Shown: piece by piece, positions 1 through 12,300 of the stretch
How the letters are laid out: each line of letters begins with the position of its first letter
Position numbering within the stretch: the stretch's first letter is position 1
NCBI RefSeq assembly: GCF_009914755.1
Contig: NC_060943.1
From: the human T2T-CHM13v2.0 reference genome, Homo sapiens
Reading direction: 5' to 3' (one strand)
Length of the DNA stretch: 64,000 bases
Program-made: the position numbers and the translations under genes
Notes under the pieces: model-generated
Seen by the model: only the letters and a program-made list of their open reading frames with translations
What the model was told of the DNA's origin: nothing
The model's database searches: none

Positions 1-171
1 CTCAGAAACTTCCTTGTGTTGTGTGTTTTCAACTCACAGAGTTGAACGATCCTTTACACAGAGCAGACTTGAAACACTTCTTTTGTGGAATTTGCAAGTG
101 GAGATTTCAGCCGCTTTGAGGTCAATGGTAGAATAGGAAATATCTTCCTATAGAAAGTAGACAGAATGATT
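1..171 (+). repeat. Representative A-type (J1-like) monomer, 171 bp, no CENP-B box
   Basis: CTCAGAAACT at 1 recurs at 172. The monomer carries CAATGGTAGAATAGGAA (123-139) at the position homologous to the CENP-B box. The phase is arbitrary. Confidence 0.9.
123..139 (+). promoter_or_regulatory. A-box / pJ-alpha-like site of the A-type monomer (repeats every 340 bp)
   Basis: CAATGGTAGAATAGGAA lies exactly 171 bp before the CENP-B box and resembles the pJ-alpha consensus CTAYGGTGRAAAAGGAA with several mismatches. Binding cannot be shown from sequence. Confidence 0.6.
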
Positions 172-340
172 CTCAGAAACTCCTTTGTGATGTGTGCGTT
201 CAACTCACAGAGTTTAACCTTTCTTTTCATAGACCAGTTAGGAAACACTCTGTTTGTAAAGTCCGCAAGTGGATATTCAGACCTCCTTGAGGCCTTCGTT
301 GGAAGCGGGATTTCTTCATGTTCTGCTAGACAGAAGAATT
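172..340 (+). repeat. Representative B-type (J2-like) monomer, 169 bp, with CENP-B box
   Basis: Runs from CTCAGAAACT at 172 to the next copy at 341 and contains CTTCGTTGGAAGCGGGA at 294-310. Confidence 0.9.
294..310 (+). promoter_or_regulatory. CENP-B box (first of about 188 box positions, one per 340 bp; last at 63863-63879)
   Basis: CTTCGTTGGAAGCGGGA matches the 17-bp box YTTCGTTGGAARCGGGA with the nTTCGnnnnAnnCGGGn core intact. Both AAAC and AAGC versions occur along the array. Confidence 0.97.
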
Positions 341-341
341 C
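336..341. other. Periodic EcoRI site defining the classic 340-bp EcoRI alphoid dimer
   Basis: GAATTC in AGAAGAATTCTCAG occurs once per dimer. It is lost at 45548 and 47927; extra sites are gained at 2823-2828 and 31922-31927. Confidence 0.95.
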
Positions 342-3300
342 TCAGAAACTTCCTTGTGTTGTGTGTTTTCAACTCACAGAGTTGAACGATCCTTTACACA
401 GAGCAGACTTGAAACACTCTTTTTGTGGTATTTGCAAGTGGAGATTTCAGCCGCTTTGAGTTCAATGGTAGAATAGGAAATATCTTCCTATAGAAACTAG
501 ACAGAATGATTCTCAGAAACTCCTTTGTGATGTGTGCGTTCAACTCACAGAGTTCAACCTTTCTTTTCATAGAGCAGTTGGGAAACACTCTGTTTGTAAA
601 GTCTGCAAGTGGATATTCAGACTTATTTGAGGCCTTAGTTGGAAGCGGGATTTCTTCATGTTCTGCTAGACAGAAGAATTCTCAGAAACTTCCTTGTGTT
701 GTGTGTTTTCAACTCACAGAGTTGAACGATCCTTTACACAGAGCAGACTTGAAACACTCCTTTTGTGGAATTTGCAAGTGGAGATTTCAGCCGCTTTGAG
801 GTCAATGGTAGAATAGGAAATATCTTCCTATAGAAAGTAGACAGAATGATTCTCAGAAACTCCTTTGTGATGTGTGCGTTCAACTCACAGAGTTTAACCT
901 TTCTTTTCATAGAGCAGTTAGGAAACACTCTGTTTGTAAAGTCTGCAAGTGGATATTCAGACCTCCTTGAGGCATTCGTTGGAAACGGGATTTCTTCATA
1001 TTATGCTAGACAGAAGAATTCTCAGTAACTTCCTTGTGTTGTGTGTATTCAACTCACAGAGTTGAACGATCCTTTACACAGAGCAGACTTGAAACACTCT
1101 TTTTGTGGAATTTGCAAGTGGAGATTTCAGCCGCTGTGAGTTCAATGGTAGAATAGGAAATATCTTCCTATAGAAACTAGACAGAATGATTCTCAGAAAC
1201 TCCTTTGTGATGTGTGCGTTCAACTCACAGAGTTCAACCTTTCTTTTCATAGAGCAGTTGGGAAACACTCTGTTTGTAAAGTCTGCAAGTGGATATTCAG
1301 ACTTCTTTGAGGCCTTCGTTGGAAGCGGGATTTCTTCATATTCTGCTAGACAGAAGAATTCTCAGTAACTGCCTTGTGTTGTGTGTATTCAACTCACAGA
1401 GTTGAACGATCCTTTACACAGAGCAGACTTGAAACACTCTTTTTGTGGAATTTGCAAGTGGAGATTTCAGCCGCTTTGAGGTCAATGGTAGAATAGGAAA
1501 TATCTTCCTATAGAAAATAGACAGAATGATTCTCAGAAACTCCTTTGTGATGTGTGCGTTCAACTCACAGAGTTCAACCTTTCTTTTCATAGAGCAGTTG
1601 GGAAACACTCTGTTTGTAAAGTCTGCAAGTGGATATTCAGACTTCTTTGAGGCCTTCGTTGGAAGCGGGATTTCTTCATATTCTGCTAGACAGAAGAATT
1701 CTCAGTAACTGCCTTGTGTTGTGTGTATTCAACTCACAGAGTTGAACGATCCTTTACACAGAGCAGACTTGAAACACTCTTTTTGTGGAATTTGCAAGTG
1801 GAGATTTCAGCCGCTTTGAGGTCAATGGTAGAATAGGAAATATCTTCGTATAGAAACTAGACAGAATGATTCTCAGAAACTCCTTTGTGATGTGTGCGTT
1901 CAACTCACAGAGTTTAACCTTTCTTTTCTTAGAGCAGTTAGGAAACACTCTGATTGTAAAGTCTGCAAGTGGATATTCAGACCTCCTTGAGGCCTTCGTT
2001 GGAAACGGGATTTCTTCATATTATGCTAGACAGAAGAATTCTCAGTAACTTCCTTGTGTTGTGTGTATTCAACTCACAGAGTTGAACGATTCTTTACACA
2101 GAGCAGACTTGAAACACTCTTTTTGTGGAATTTGCAAGTGGAGATTTCAGCCGCTGTGAGGTCAATGGTAGAATAGGAAATATCTTCCTATAGAAACTAG
2201 ACAGAATGATTCTCAGAAACTCCTTTGTGATGTGTGCGTTCAACTCACAGAGTTCAACCTTTCTTTTCATAGAGCAGTTGGGAAACACTCTGTTTGTAAA
2301 GTCTGCAAGTGGATATTCAGACATCTTTGAGGCCTTCGTTGGAAGCGGGATTTCTTCATATTCTGCTAGACAGAAGAATTCTCAGTAACTGCCTTGTGTT
2401 GTGTGTATTCAACTCACAGAGTTGAACGATCCTTTACACAGAGCAGACTTGAAACACTCTTTTTGTGGAATTTGCAAGTGGAGATTTCAGCCGCTTTGAG
2501 GTCAATGGTAGAATAGGAAATATCTTCCTATAGAAACTAGACAGAATGATTCTCAGAAACTCCTTTGTGATGTGTGCGTTCAACTCACAGAGTTTACCCT
2601 TTCTTTTCATAGAGCAGTTAGGAAACACTCTGTTTGTAAAGTCTGCAAGTGGATATTCAGACATCCTTGAGGCTTTCGTTGGAAACGGGATTTCTTCATA
2701 TTCTGCTAGAAAGAAGAATTCTCAGTAACTTCCTTGTGTTGTGTGTATTCAACTCACAGAGATGAACGATCCTTTACACAGAGCAGACTTGAAGCACTCT
2801 TTTTGTGGAATTTGCAAGTGGAGAATTCAGCCGCTGTGAGGTCAATGGTAGAATAGGAAATATCTTCCTATAGAAACTAGACAGAATGATTCTCAGAAAC
2901 TCCTTTGTGATGTGTGCGTTCAACTCACAGAGTTTAACCTTTCTTTTCATAGAGCAGTTGGGAAACACTCTGTTTGTAAAGTCTGCAAGTGGATATTCAG
3001 ACATCCTTGAGGCTTTCGTTGGAAACGGGATTTCTTCATATTCTGCTAGAAAGAAGAATTCTCAGTAACTTCCTTGTGTTGTGTGTATTCAACTCACAGA
3101 GTTGAACGATCCTTTACACAGAGCAGACTTGAAACACTCTTTTTGTGGAATTTGCAAGTGGAGATTTCAGCCGCTTTGAGGTCAATGGTAGAATAGGAAA
3201 TATCTTCCTATAGAAACTAGACAGAATGATTCTCAGAAACTCCTTTGTGATGTGTGCGTTCAACTCACAGAGTTTAACCTTTCTTTTCATAGAGCAGTTA

Positions 3301-6300
3301 GGAAACACTCTGTTTGTAAAGTCTGCAAGTGGATATTCAGACCTCCTTGAGGCCTTCGTTGGAAACGGGATTTCTTCATATTATGCTAGACAGAAGAATT
3401 CTCAGTAACTTCCTTGTGTTGTGTGTTTTCAACTCACAGAGTTGAACGATCCTTTACACAGAGCAGACTTGAAACACTCTTTTTGTGGAATTTGCAAGTG
3501 GAGATTTCAGCCGCTTTGAGTTCAATGGTAGAATAGGAAATATCTTCCTATAGAAACTAGACAGAATGATTCTCAGAAACTCCTTTGTGATGTGTGCGTT
3601 CAACTCACAGAGTTCAACCTTTCTTTTCATAGAGCAGTTGGGAAACACTCTGTTTGTAAAGTCTGCAAGTGGATATTCAGACTTCTTTGAGGCCTTCGTT
3701 GGAAGCGGGATTTCTTCATATTCTGCTAGACAGAAGAATTCTCAGAAACTTCCTTGTGTTGTGTGTTTTCAACTCACAGAGTTGAACGATCCTTTACACA
3801 GAGCAGACTTGAAACACTCCTTTTGTGGAATTAGCAAGTGGAGATTTCAGCCGCTTTGAGGTCAACGGTAGAATAGGAAATATCTTCCTATAGAAAGTAG
3901 ACAGAATGATTCTCAGAAACTCCTTTGTGATGTGTGCGTTCAACTCACAGAGTTTAACCTTTCTTTTCATAGAGCAGTTAGGAAACACTCTGTTTGTAAA
4001 GTCTGCAAGTGGATATTCAGACCTCCTTGAGGCCTTCGTTGGAAACGGGATTTCTTCATATTATGCTAGACAGAAGAATTCTGTGTAACTTCCTTGTGTT
4101 GTGTGTATTCAAATCACAGAGTTGAACGATCCTTTACACAGAGCAGACTTGAAACACTCTTTTTGTGGAATTTGCAAGTGGAGATTTCAGCCGCTTTGAG
4201 TTCAATGGTAGAATAGGAAATATCTTCCTATAGAAACTAGACAGAATGATTCTCAGAAACTCCTTTGTGATGTGTGCGTTCAACTCACAGAGTTTAACCT
4301 TTCTTTTCATAGAGCAGTTGGGAAACACTCTGTTTGTAAAGTCTGCAAGTGGATATTCAGACTTCTTTGAGGCATTCGTTGGAAGCGGGATTTCTTCATA
4401 TTCTGCTAGACAGAAGAATTCTCAGTAACTTCCTTGTGTTGTGTGTATTCAACTCACAGAGTTGAACGATCCTTTACACAGAGCAGACTTGAAACACTCT
4501 TTTTGTGGAATTTGCAAGTGGAGATTTCAGCCGCTTTGAGGTCAATGGTAGAATAGGAAATATCTTCCTATAGAAACTAGACAGAATGATTCTCAGAAAC
4601 TCCTTTGTGATGTGTGCGTTCAACTCACACAGTTTAACCTTTCTTTTCATAGAGCAGTTAGGAAACACTCTGTTTGTAAAGTCTGCAAGTGGATATTCAG
4701 ACATCCTTGAGGCTTTCGTTGGAAACGGGATTTCTTCATATTCTGCTAGAAAGAAGAATTCTCAGTAACTTCCTTGTGTTGTGTGTATTCAACTCACAGA
4801 GTTGAACGATCCTTTACACAGAGCAGACTTGAAACACTCCTTTTGTGGAATTTGCAAGTGGAGATTTCAGCCGCTTTGAGGTCAATGGTAGAATAGGAAA
4901 TATCTTCCTATAGAAACTAGACAGAATGATTCTCAGAAACTCCTTTGTGATGTGTGCGTTCAACTCACAGAGTTTAACCTTTCTTTTCATAGAGCAGTTG
5001 GGAAACACTCTGTTTGTAAAGTCTGCAAGTGGATATTCAGACATCCTTGAGGCTTTCGTTGGAAACGGGATTTCTTCATATTCTGCTAGAAAGAAGAATT
5101 CTCAGTAACTTCCTTGTGTTGTGTGTATTCAACTCACAGAGTTGCACGATCCTTTACACAGAGCAGACTTGAAACACTCTTTTTGTGGAATTTGCAAGTG
5201 GAGATTTCAGCCGCTTTGAGGTCAATGGTAGAATAGGAAATATCTTCCTATAGAAACTAGACAGAATGATTCTCAGAAACTTCTTTGTGATGTTTGCGTT
5301 CAACTCACAGAGTTTAACCTTTCTTTTCATAGAGCAGTTAGGAAACACTCTGTTTGTAAAGTCTGCAAGTGGATATTCAGACCTCCTTGAGGCCTTCGTT
5401 GGAAGCGGGATTTCTTCATGTTCTGGTAGACAGAAGAATTCTCAGAAACTTCCTTGTGTTGTGTGTTTTCAACTCACAGAGTTGAACGATCCTTTACACA
5501 GAGCAGACTTGAAACACTCCTTTTGTGGAATTTGCAAGTGGAGATTTCAGCCGCTTTGAGGTCAATGGTAGAATAGGAAATATCTTCCTATAGAAAGTAG
5601 ACAGAATGATTCTCAGAAACTCCTTTGTGATGTGTGCGTTCAACTCACAGAGTTTAACCTTTCTTTTCATAGAGCAGTTAGGAAACACTCTGTTTGTAAA
5701 GTCTGCAAGTGGATATTCAGACCTCCTTGAGGCTTTCGTTGGAAACGGGATTTCTTCATATTCTGCTAGAAAGAAGAATTCTCAGTAACTTCCTTGTGTT
5801 GTGTGTATTCAACTCACAGAGTTGAACGATCCTTTACACAGAGCAGACTTGAAACACTCTTTTTGTGGAATTTGCAAGTGGAGATTTCAGCCGCTGTGAG
5901 GTCAATGGTAGAATAGGAAATATCTTCCTATAGAAACTAGACAGAATGATTCTCAGAAACTCCTTTGTGATGTGTGCGTTCAACTCACAGAGTTTAACCT
6001 TTCTTTTCATAGAGCAGTTGGGAAACACTCTGTTTGTAAAGTCTGCAAGTGGATATTCAGACATCCTTGAGGCTTTCGTTGGAAACGGGATTTCTTCATA
6101 TTCTGCTAGAAAGAAGAATTCTCAGTAACTTCCTTGTGTTGTGTGTATTCAACTCACAGAGTTGAACGATCCTTTACACAGAGCAGACTTGAAACACTCT
6201 TTTTGTGGAATTTGCAAGTGGAGATTTCAGCCGCTTTGAGTTCAATGGTAGAATAGGAAATATCTTCCTATAGAAACTACACAGAATGATTCTCAGAAAC

Positions 6301-9300
6301 TGCTTTGTGATGTGTGCGTTCAACTCACAGAGTTCAACCTTTCTTTTCATAGAGCAGTTGGGAAACACTCTGTTTGTAAAGTCTGCAAGTGGATATTCAG
6401 ACTTCTTTGAGGCCTTCGTTGGAAGCGGGATTTCTTCATATTCTGCTAGACAGAAGAATTCTCAGTAACTTCCTTGTGTTGTGTGTATTCAACTCACAGA
6501 GTTGAACGATCCTTTACACAGAGCAGACTTGAAACACTCTTTTTGTGGAATTTGCAAGTGGAGATTTCAGCCGCTTTGAGGTCAATGGTAGAATAGGAAA
6601 TATCTTCCTATAGAAACTAGACAGAATGATTCTCAGAAACTCCTTTGTGATGTGTGCGTTCAACTCACAGAGTTCAACCTTTCTTTTCATAGAGCAGTTG
6701 GGAAACACTCTGTTTGTAAAGTCTGCAAGTGGATATTCAGACTTCTTTGAGGCCTTCGTTGGAAGCGGGATTTCTTCATGTTCTGCTAGACAGAAGAATT
6801 CTCAGAAACTTCCTTGTGTTGTGTGTTTTCAACTCACAGAGTTGAACGATCCTTTACACAGAGCAGACTTGAAACACTCCTTTTGTGGAATTTGCAAGTG
6901 GAGATTTCAGCCGCTTTGAGGTCAATGGTAGAATAGGAAATATCTTCATATAGAAACTAGACAGAATGATTCTCAGAAACTCCTTTGTGATGTGTGCGTT
7001 CAACTCACAGAGTTTAACCTTTCTTTTCATAGAGCAGTTAGGAAACACTCTGTTTGTAAAGTCTGCAAGTGGATATTCAGACCTCCTTGAGGCCTTCGTT
7101 GGAAACAGGATTTCTTCATATTCTGCTAGACAGAAGAATTCTCAGTAACTTCCTTGTGTTGTGTGTATTCAACTCACAGAGTTGAACGATCCTTTACACA
7201 GAGCAGACTTGAAACACTCTTTTTGTGGAATTTGCAAGTGGAGATTTCAGCCGCTTTGAGTTCAATGGTAGAATAGGAAATATCTTCCTATAGACACTAG
7301 ACAGAATGATTCTCAGAAACTCCTTTGTGATGTGTGCGTTCAACTCACAGAGTTCAACCTTTCTTTTCATAGAGCAGTTGGGAAACACTCTGTTTGTAAA
7401 GTCTGCAAGTGGATATTCAGACTTCTTTGAGGCCTTCCTTGGAAGCGGGATTTCTTCATATTCAGCTAGACAGAAGAATTCTCAGTAACTTCCTTGTGTT
7501 GTGTGTATTCAACTCACAGAGTTGAACGATCCTTTACACAGAGCAGACTTGAAACACTCTTTTTGTGGAATTTGCAAGTGGAGATTTCAGCCGCTTTGAG
7601 GTCAATGGTAGAATAGGAAATATCTTCCTATAGAAACTAGACAGAATGATTCTCAGAAACTCCTTTGTGATGTGTGCGTTCAACTCACAGAGTTTAACCT
7701 TTCTTTTCATAGAGCAGTTAGGAAACACTCTGTTTGTAAAGTCTGCAGGTGGATATTCAGACCTCCTTGAGGCCTTCGTTGGAAACGGGATTTCTTCATA
7801 TTATGCTAGACAGAAGAATTCTCAGTAACTTCCTTGTGTTGTGTGTATTCAACTCACAGAGTTGAACGATCCTTTACACAGAGCAGACTTGAAGCACTCT
7901 TTTTGTGGAATTTGCAAGTGGAGATTTCAGCCGCTTTGAGGTCAATGGTAGAATAGGAAATATCTTCATATAGAAACTAGACAGAATGATTCTCAGAAAC
8001 TCCTTTGTGATGTGTGCGTTCAACTCACACAGTTTAACCTTTCTTTTCATAGAGCAGTTAGGAAACACTCTGTTTGTAAAGTCTGCAAGTGGATATTCAG
8101 ACCTCCTTGAGGCATTCGTTGGAAACGGGATTTCTTCATATTCTGCTAGACAGAAGAATTCTCAGTAACTTCCTTGTGTTGTGTGTATTCAACTCACAGA
8201 GTTGAACGATCCTTTACACAGAGCAGACTTGAAACACTCTTTTTGTGGAATTTGCAAGTGGAGATTTCAGCCGCTTTGAGTTCAATGGTAGAATAGGAAA
8301 TATCTTCCTATAGAAACTAGACAGAATGATTCTCAGAAACTCCTTTGTGATGTGTGCGTTCAACTCACAGAGTTCAACCTTTCTTTTCATAGAGCAGTTG
8401 GGAAACACTCTGTTTGTAAAGTCTGCAAGTGGATATTCAGACTTCTTTGAGGCCTTCGTTGGAAGCGGGATTTCTTCATGTTCTGCTAGACAGAAGAATT
8501 CTCAGAAACTTCCTTGTGTTGTGTGTTTTCAACTCACAGAGTTGAACGATCCTTTACACAGAGCAGACTTGAAACACTCCTTTTGTGGAATTTGCAAGTG
8601 GAGATTTCAGCCGCTTTGAGGTCAATGGTAGAATAGGAAATATCTTCCTATAGAAACTAGACAGAATGATTCTGAGAAATCCTTTGTGATGTGTGCGTTC
8701 AACTCACAGAGTTTAACCTTTCTTTTCATAGAGCAGTTAGGAAACACTCTGTTTGTAAAGTCTGCAAGTGGATATTCAGACCTCCTTGAGGCCTTCGTTG
8801 GAAACGGGATTTCTTCATATTATGCTAGACAGAGGAATTCTCAGTAACTTCCTTGTGTTGTGTGTATTCAACTCACAGAGTTGAACGATCCTTTACACAG
8901 AGCAGACTTGAAACACTCTTTTTGTGGAATTTGCAAGTGGAGATTTCAGCCGCTTTGAGTTCAATGGTAGAATAGGAAATATCTTCCTATAGAAACTACA
9001 CAGAATGATTCTCAGAAACTCGTTTGTGATGTGCACGTTCAACTCACAGAGTTCAACCTTTCTTTTCATAGAGCAGTTGGGAAACACTCTGTTTGTAAAG
9101 TCTGCAAGTGGATATTCAGACTTCTTTGAGGCCTTCGTTGGAAGCGGGATTTCTTCATATTCTGCTAGACAGAAGAATTCTCAGTAACTTCCTTGTGTTG
9201 TGTGTATTCAACTCACAGAGTTGAACGATCCTTTACACAGAGCAGACTTGAAACACTCTTTTTGTGGAATTTGCAAGTGGAGATTTCAGCCGCTTTGAGG

Positions 9301-12300
9301 TCAATGGTAGAATAGGAAATATCTTCCTATAGAAACTAGACAGAATTATTCTCAGAAACTCCTTTGTGATGTGTGCGTTCAACTCACAGAGTTTAACCTT
9401 TCTTTTCATAGAGCAGTTAGGAAACACTCTGTTTGTAAAGTCTGCAAGTGGATATTCAGACATCTTTGAGGCCTTCGTTGGAAACGGGATTTCTTCATGT
9501 TCTGCTAGACAAAAGAATTCTCAGAAACTTCCTTGTGTTGTGTGTTTTCAACTCACAGAGTTGAACGACGCTTTACACAGAGTAGACTTGAAACACTCTT
9601 TTTGTGTAATTTGCAAGTGGAGATTTCAGCCGCTTTGAGGTCAATGGTAGAAAAGGAAATATCTTCGTATAAAAACTAGACAGAATGATTCTCAGAAACT
9701 CCTTTGTGATGTGTGCGTTCAACTCACAGAGTTTAACCTTTCTTTTCATAGAGCAGTTAGGAAACACTCTGTTTGTAAAGTCTGCAAGTGGATATTCAGA
9801 CCTCTTTAAGGCCTTCGTTGGAAACGGGATTTATTCATATTATGCTAGACAGAAGAATTCTCAGTAACTTCCTTGTGTTGTGTGTATACAACTCACAGAG
9901 TTGAACGATCCTTTACACAGAGCAGACTTGAAACACTCTTTTTGTGGAATTTGCAAGTGGAGATTTCAGCCGCTTTGAGGTCAATGGTAGAATAGGAAAT
10001 ATCTTCCTATAGAAACTAGACAGAATGATTCTCAGAAACTCCTTTGTGATGTGTGCGTTCAACTCACAGAGTTTAACCTTTCTTTTCATAGAGCAGTTAG
10101 GAAACACTCTGTTTGTAAAGTCTGCAAGTGGATATTCAGATATCCTTGAGGCTTTCGTTTGAAACGGGATTTCTTCATATTCTGCTAGAAAGAAGAATTC
10201 TCAGTAACTTCCTTGTGTTGTGTGTATTCAACTCACCGAGTTGAACGATCCTTTACACAGAGCAGACTTGAAACACCCTTTTTGTGGAATTTGCAAGTGG
10301 AGATTTCAGCCGCTTTCAGGTCAATGGTAGAATAGGAAATATCTTCCTATAGAAACTAGACAGAATGATTCTCAGAAACTCCTTTGTGATGTGTGCGTTC
10401 AACTCACAGAGTTTAACCTTTCTTTTCATAGAGCAGTTAGGAAACACTCTGTTTGTAAATTCTGCAAGTGGATATTCAGACCTCCTTAAGGCCTTCGTTG
10501 GAAACGGGATTTCTTCATATTATGCTAGACAGAAGAATTCTCAGTAACTTGCTTGTGTTGTGTGTATTCAACTCACAGAGTTGAACGATCCTTTACACAG
10601 AACAAACTTGAAACACTCTTTTTGTGGAATTTGCAAGTGGAGATTTCAGCCGCTTTGAGGTCAATGGTAGAATAGGAAATATCTTCCTATAGAAACTAGA
10701 CAGAATGATTCTGAGAAACTCCTTTGTGATGTGTGCGTTCAACTCACACAGTTTAACCTTTCTTATCATAGAGCAGTTAGGAAACACTCTGTTTGTAAAG
10801 TCTGCAAGTGGATATTCCGACCTCCTTGAGGCCTTCGTTGGAAACGGGATTTCTTCATATTATGCTAGACAGAAGAATTCTCAGTAACTTCCTTGTGTTG
10901 TGTGTATTCAACTCACAGAGTTGAACGATCCTTTACACAGAGCAGACTTGAAACACTCTTTTTGTGGAATTTGCAAGTGGAGATTTCAGCCGCTTTGAGT
11001 TCAATGGTAGAATAGGAAATATCTTCCTATAGAAACTAGACAGAATGATTCTCAGAAACTCCTTTGTGATGTGTGCGTTCAACTCACAGAGTTCAACCTT
11101 TCTTTTCATAGAGCAGTTGGGAAACACTCTGTTTGTAAAGTCTGCAAGTGGATATTCAGACTTCTTTGAGGCCTTCGTTGGAAGCGGGATTTCTTCATGT
11201 TCTGCTAGACAGAAGAATTCTCAGAAACTTCCTTGTGTTGTGTGTTTTCAACTCACAGAGTTGAACGATCCTTTACACAGAGCAGACTTGAAACACTCCT
11301 TTTGTGGAATTTGCAAGTGGAGATTTCAGCCGCTTTGAGGTCAATGGTAGAATAGGAAATATCTTCCTATAGAAAGTAGACAGAATGATTGTCAGAAACT
11401 CCTTTGTGATGTGTGCGTTCAACTCACAGAGTTTAACCTTTCTTTTCATAGAGCAGTTAGGAAACACTCTGTTTGTAAAGTCTGCAAGTGGATATTCAGA
11501 CTTCTTTGAAGCCTTCGTTGGAAGCGGGATTTCTTCATGTTCTGCTAGAAAGAAGAATTCTCAGTAACTTCCTTGTGTTGTGTGTATTCAACTCACAGAG
11601 TTGAACGATCCTTTACACAGAGCAGACTTGAAACACTCTTTTTGTGGAATTTGCAAGTGGAGATTTCAGCCGCTTTGAGGTCAATGGTAGAATAGGAAAT
11701 ATCTTCCTATAGAAAGTAGACAGAATGATTCTCAGAAACTCCTTTGTGATGTGTGCGTTCAACTCACAGAGTTTAACCTTTCTTTTCATAGAGCAGTTAG
11801 GAAACACTCTGTTTGTAAAGTCTGCAAGTGGATATTCAGACCTCCTTGAGGCCTTCGTTGGAAGCGGGATTTCTTCATGTTCTGCTAGACAGAAGAATTC
11901 TCAGAAACTTCCTTGTGTTGTGTGTTTTCAACTCACAGAGTTGAACGATCCTTTACACAGAGCAGACTTGAAACACTCCTTTTGTGGAATTTGCAAGTGG
12001 AGATTTCAGCCGCTTTGAGGTCAATGGTAGAATAGGAAATATCTTCCTATAGAAACTAGACAGAATGATTCTGAGAAATCCTTTGTGATGTGTGCGTTCA
12101 ACTCACAGAGCTTAACCTTTCTTTTCATAGAGCAGTTAGGAAACACTCTGTTTGTAAAGTCTGCAAGTGGATATTCAGACCTCCTTGAGGCCTTCGTTGG
12201 AAACGGGATTTCTTCATATTATGCTAGACAGAGGAATTCTCAGGAACTTCCTTGTGTTGTGTGTATTCAACTCACAGAGTTGAACGATCCTTTACACAGA

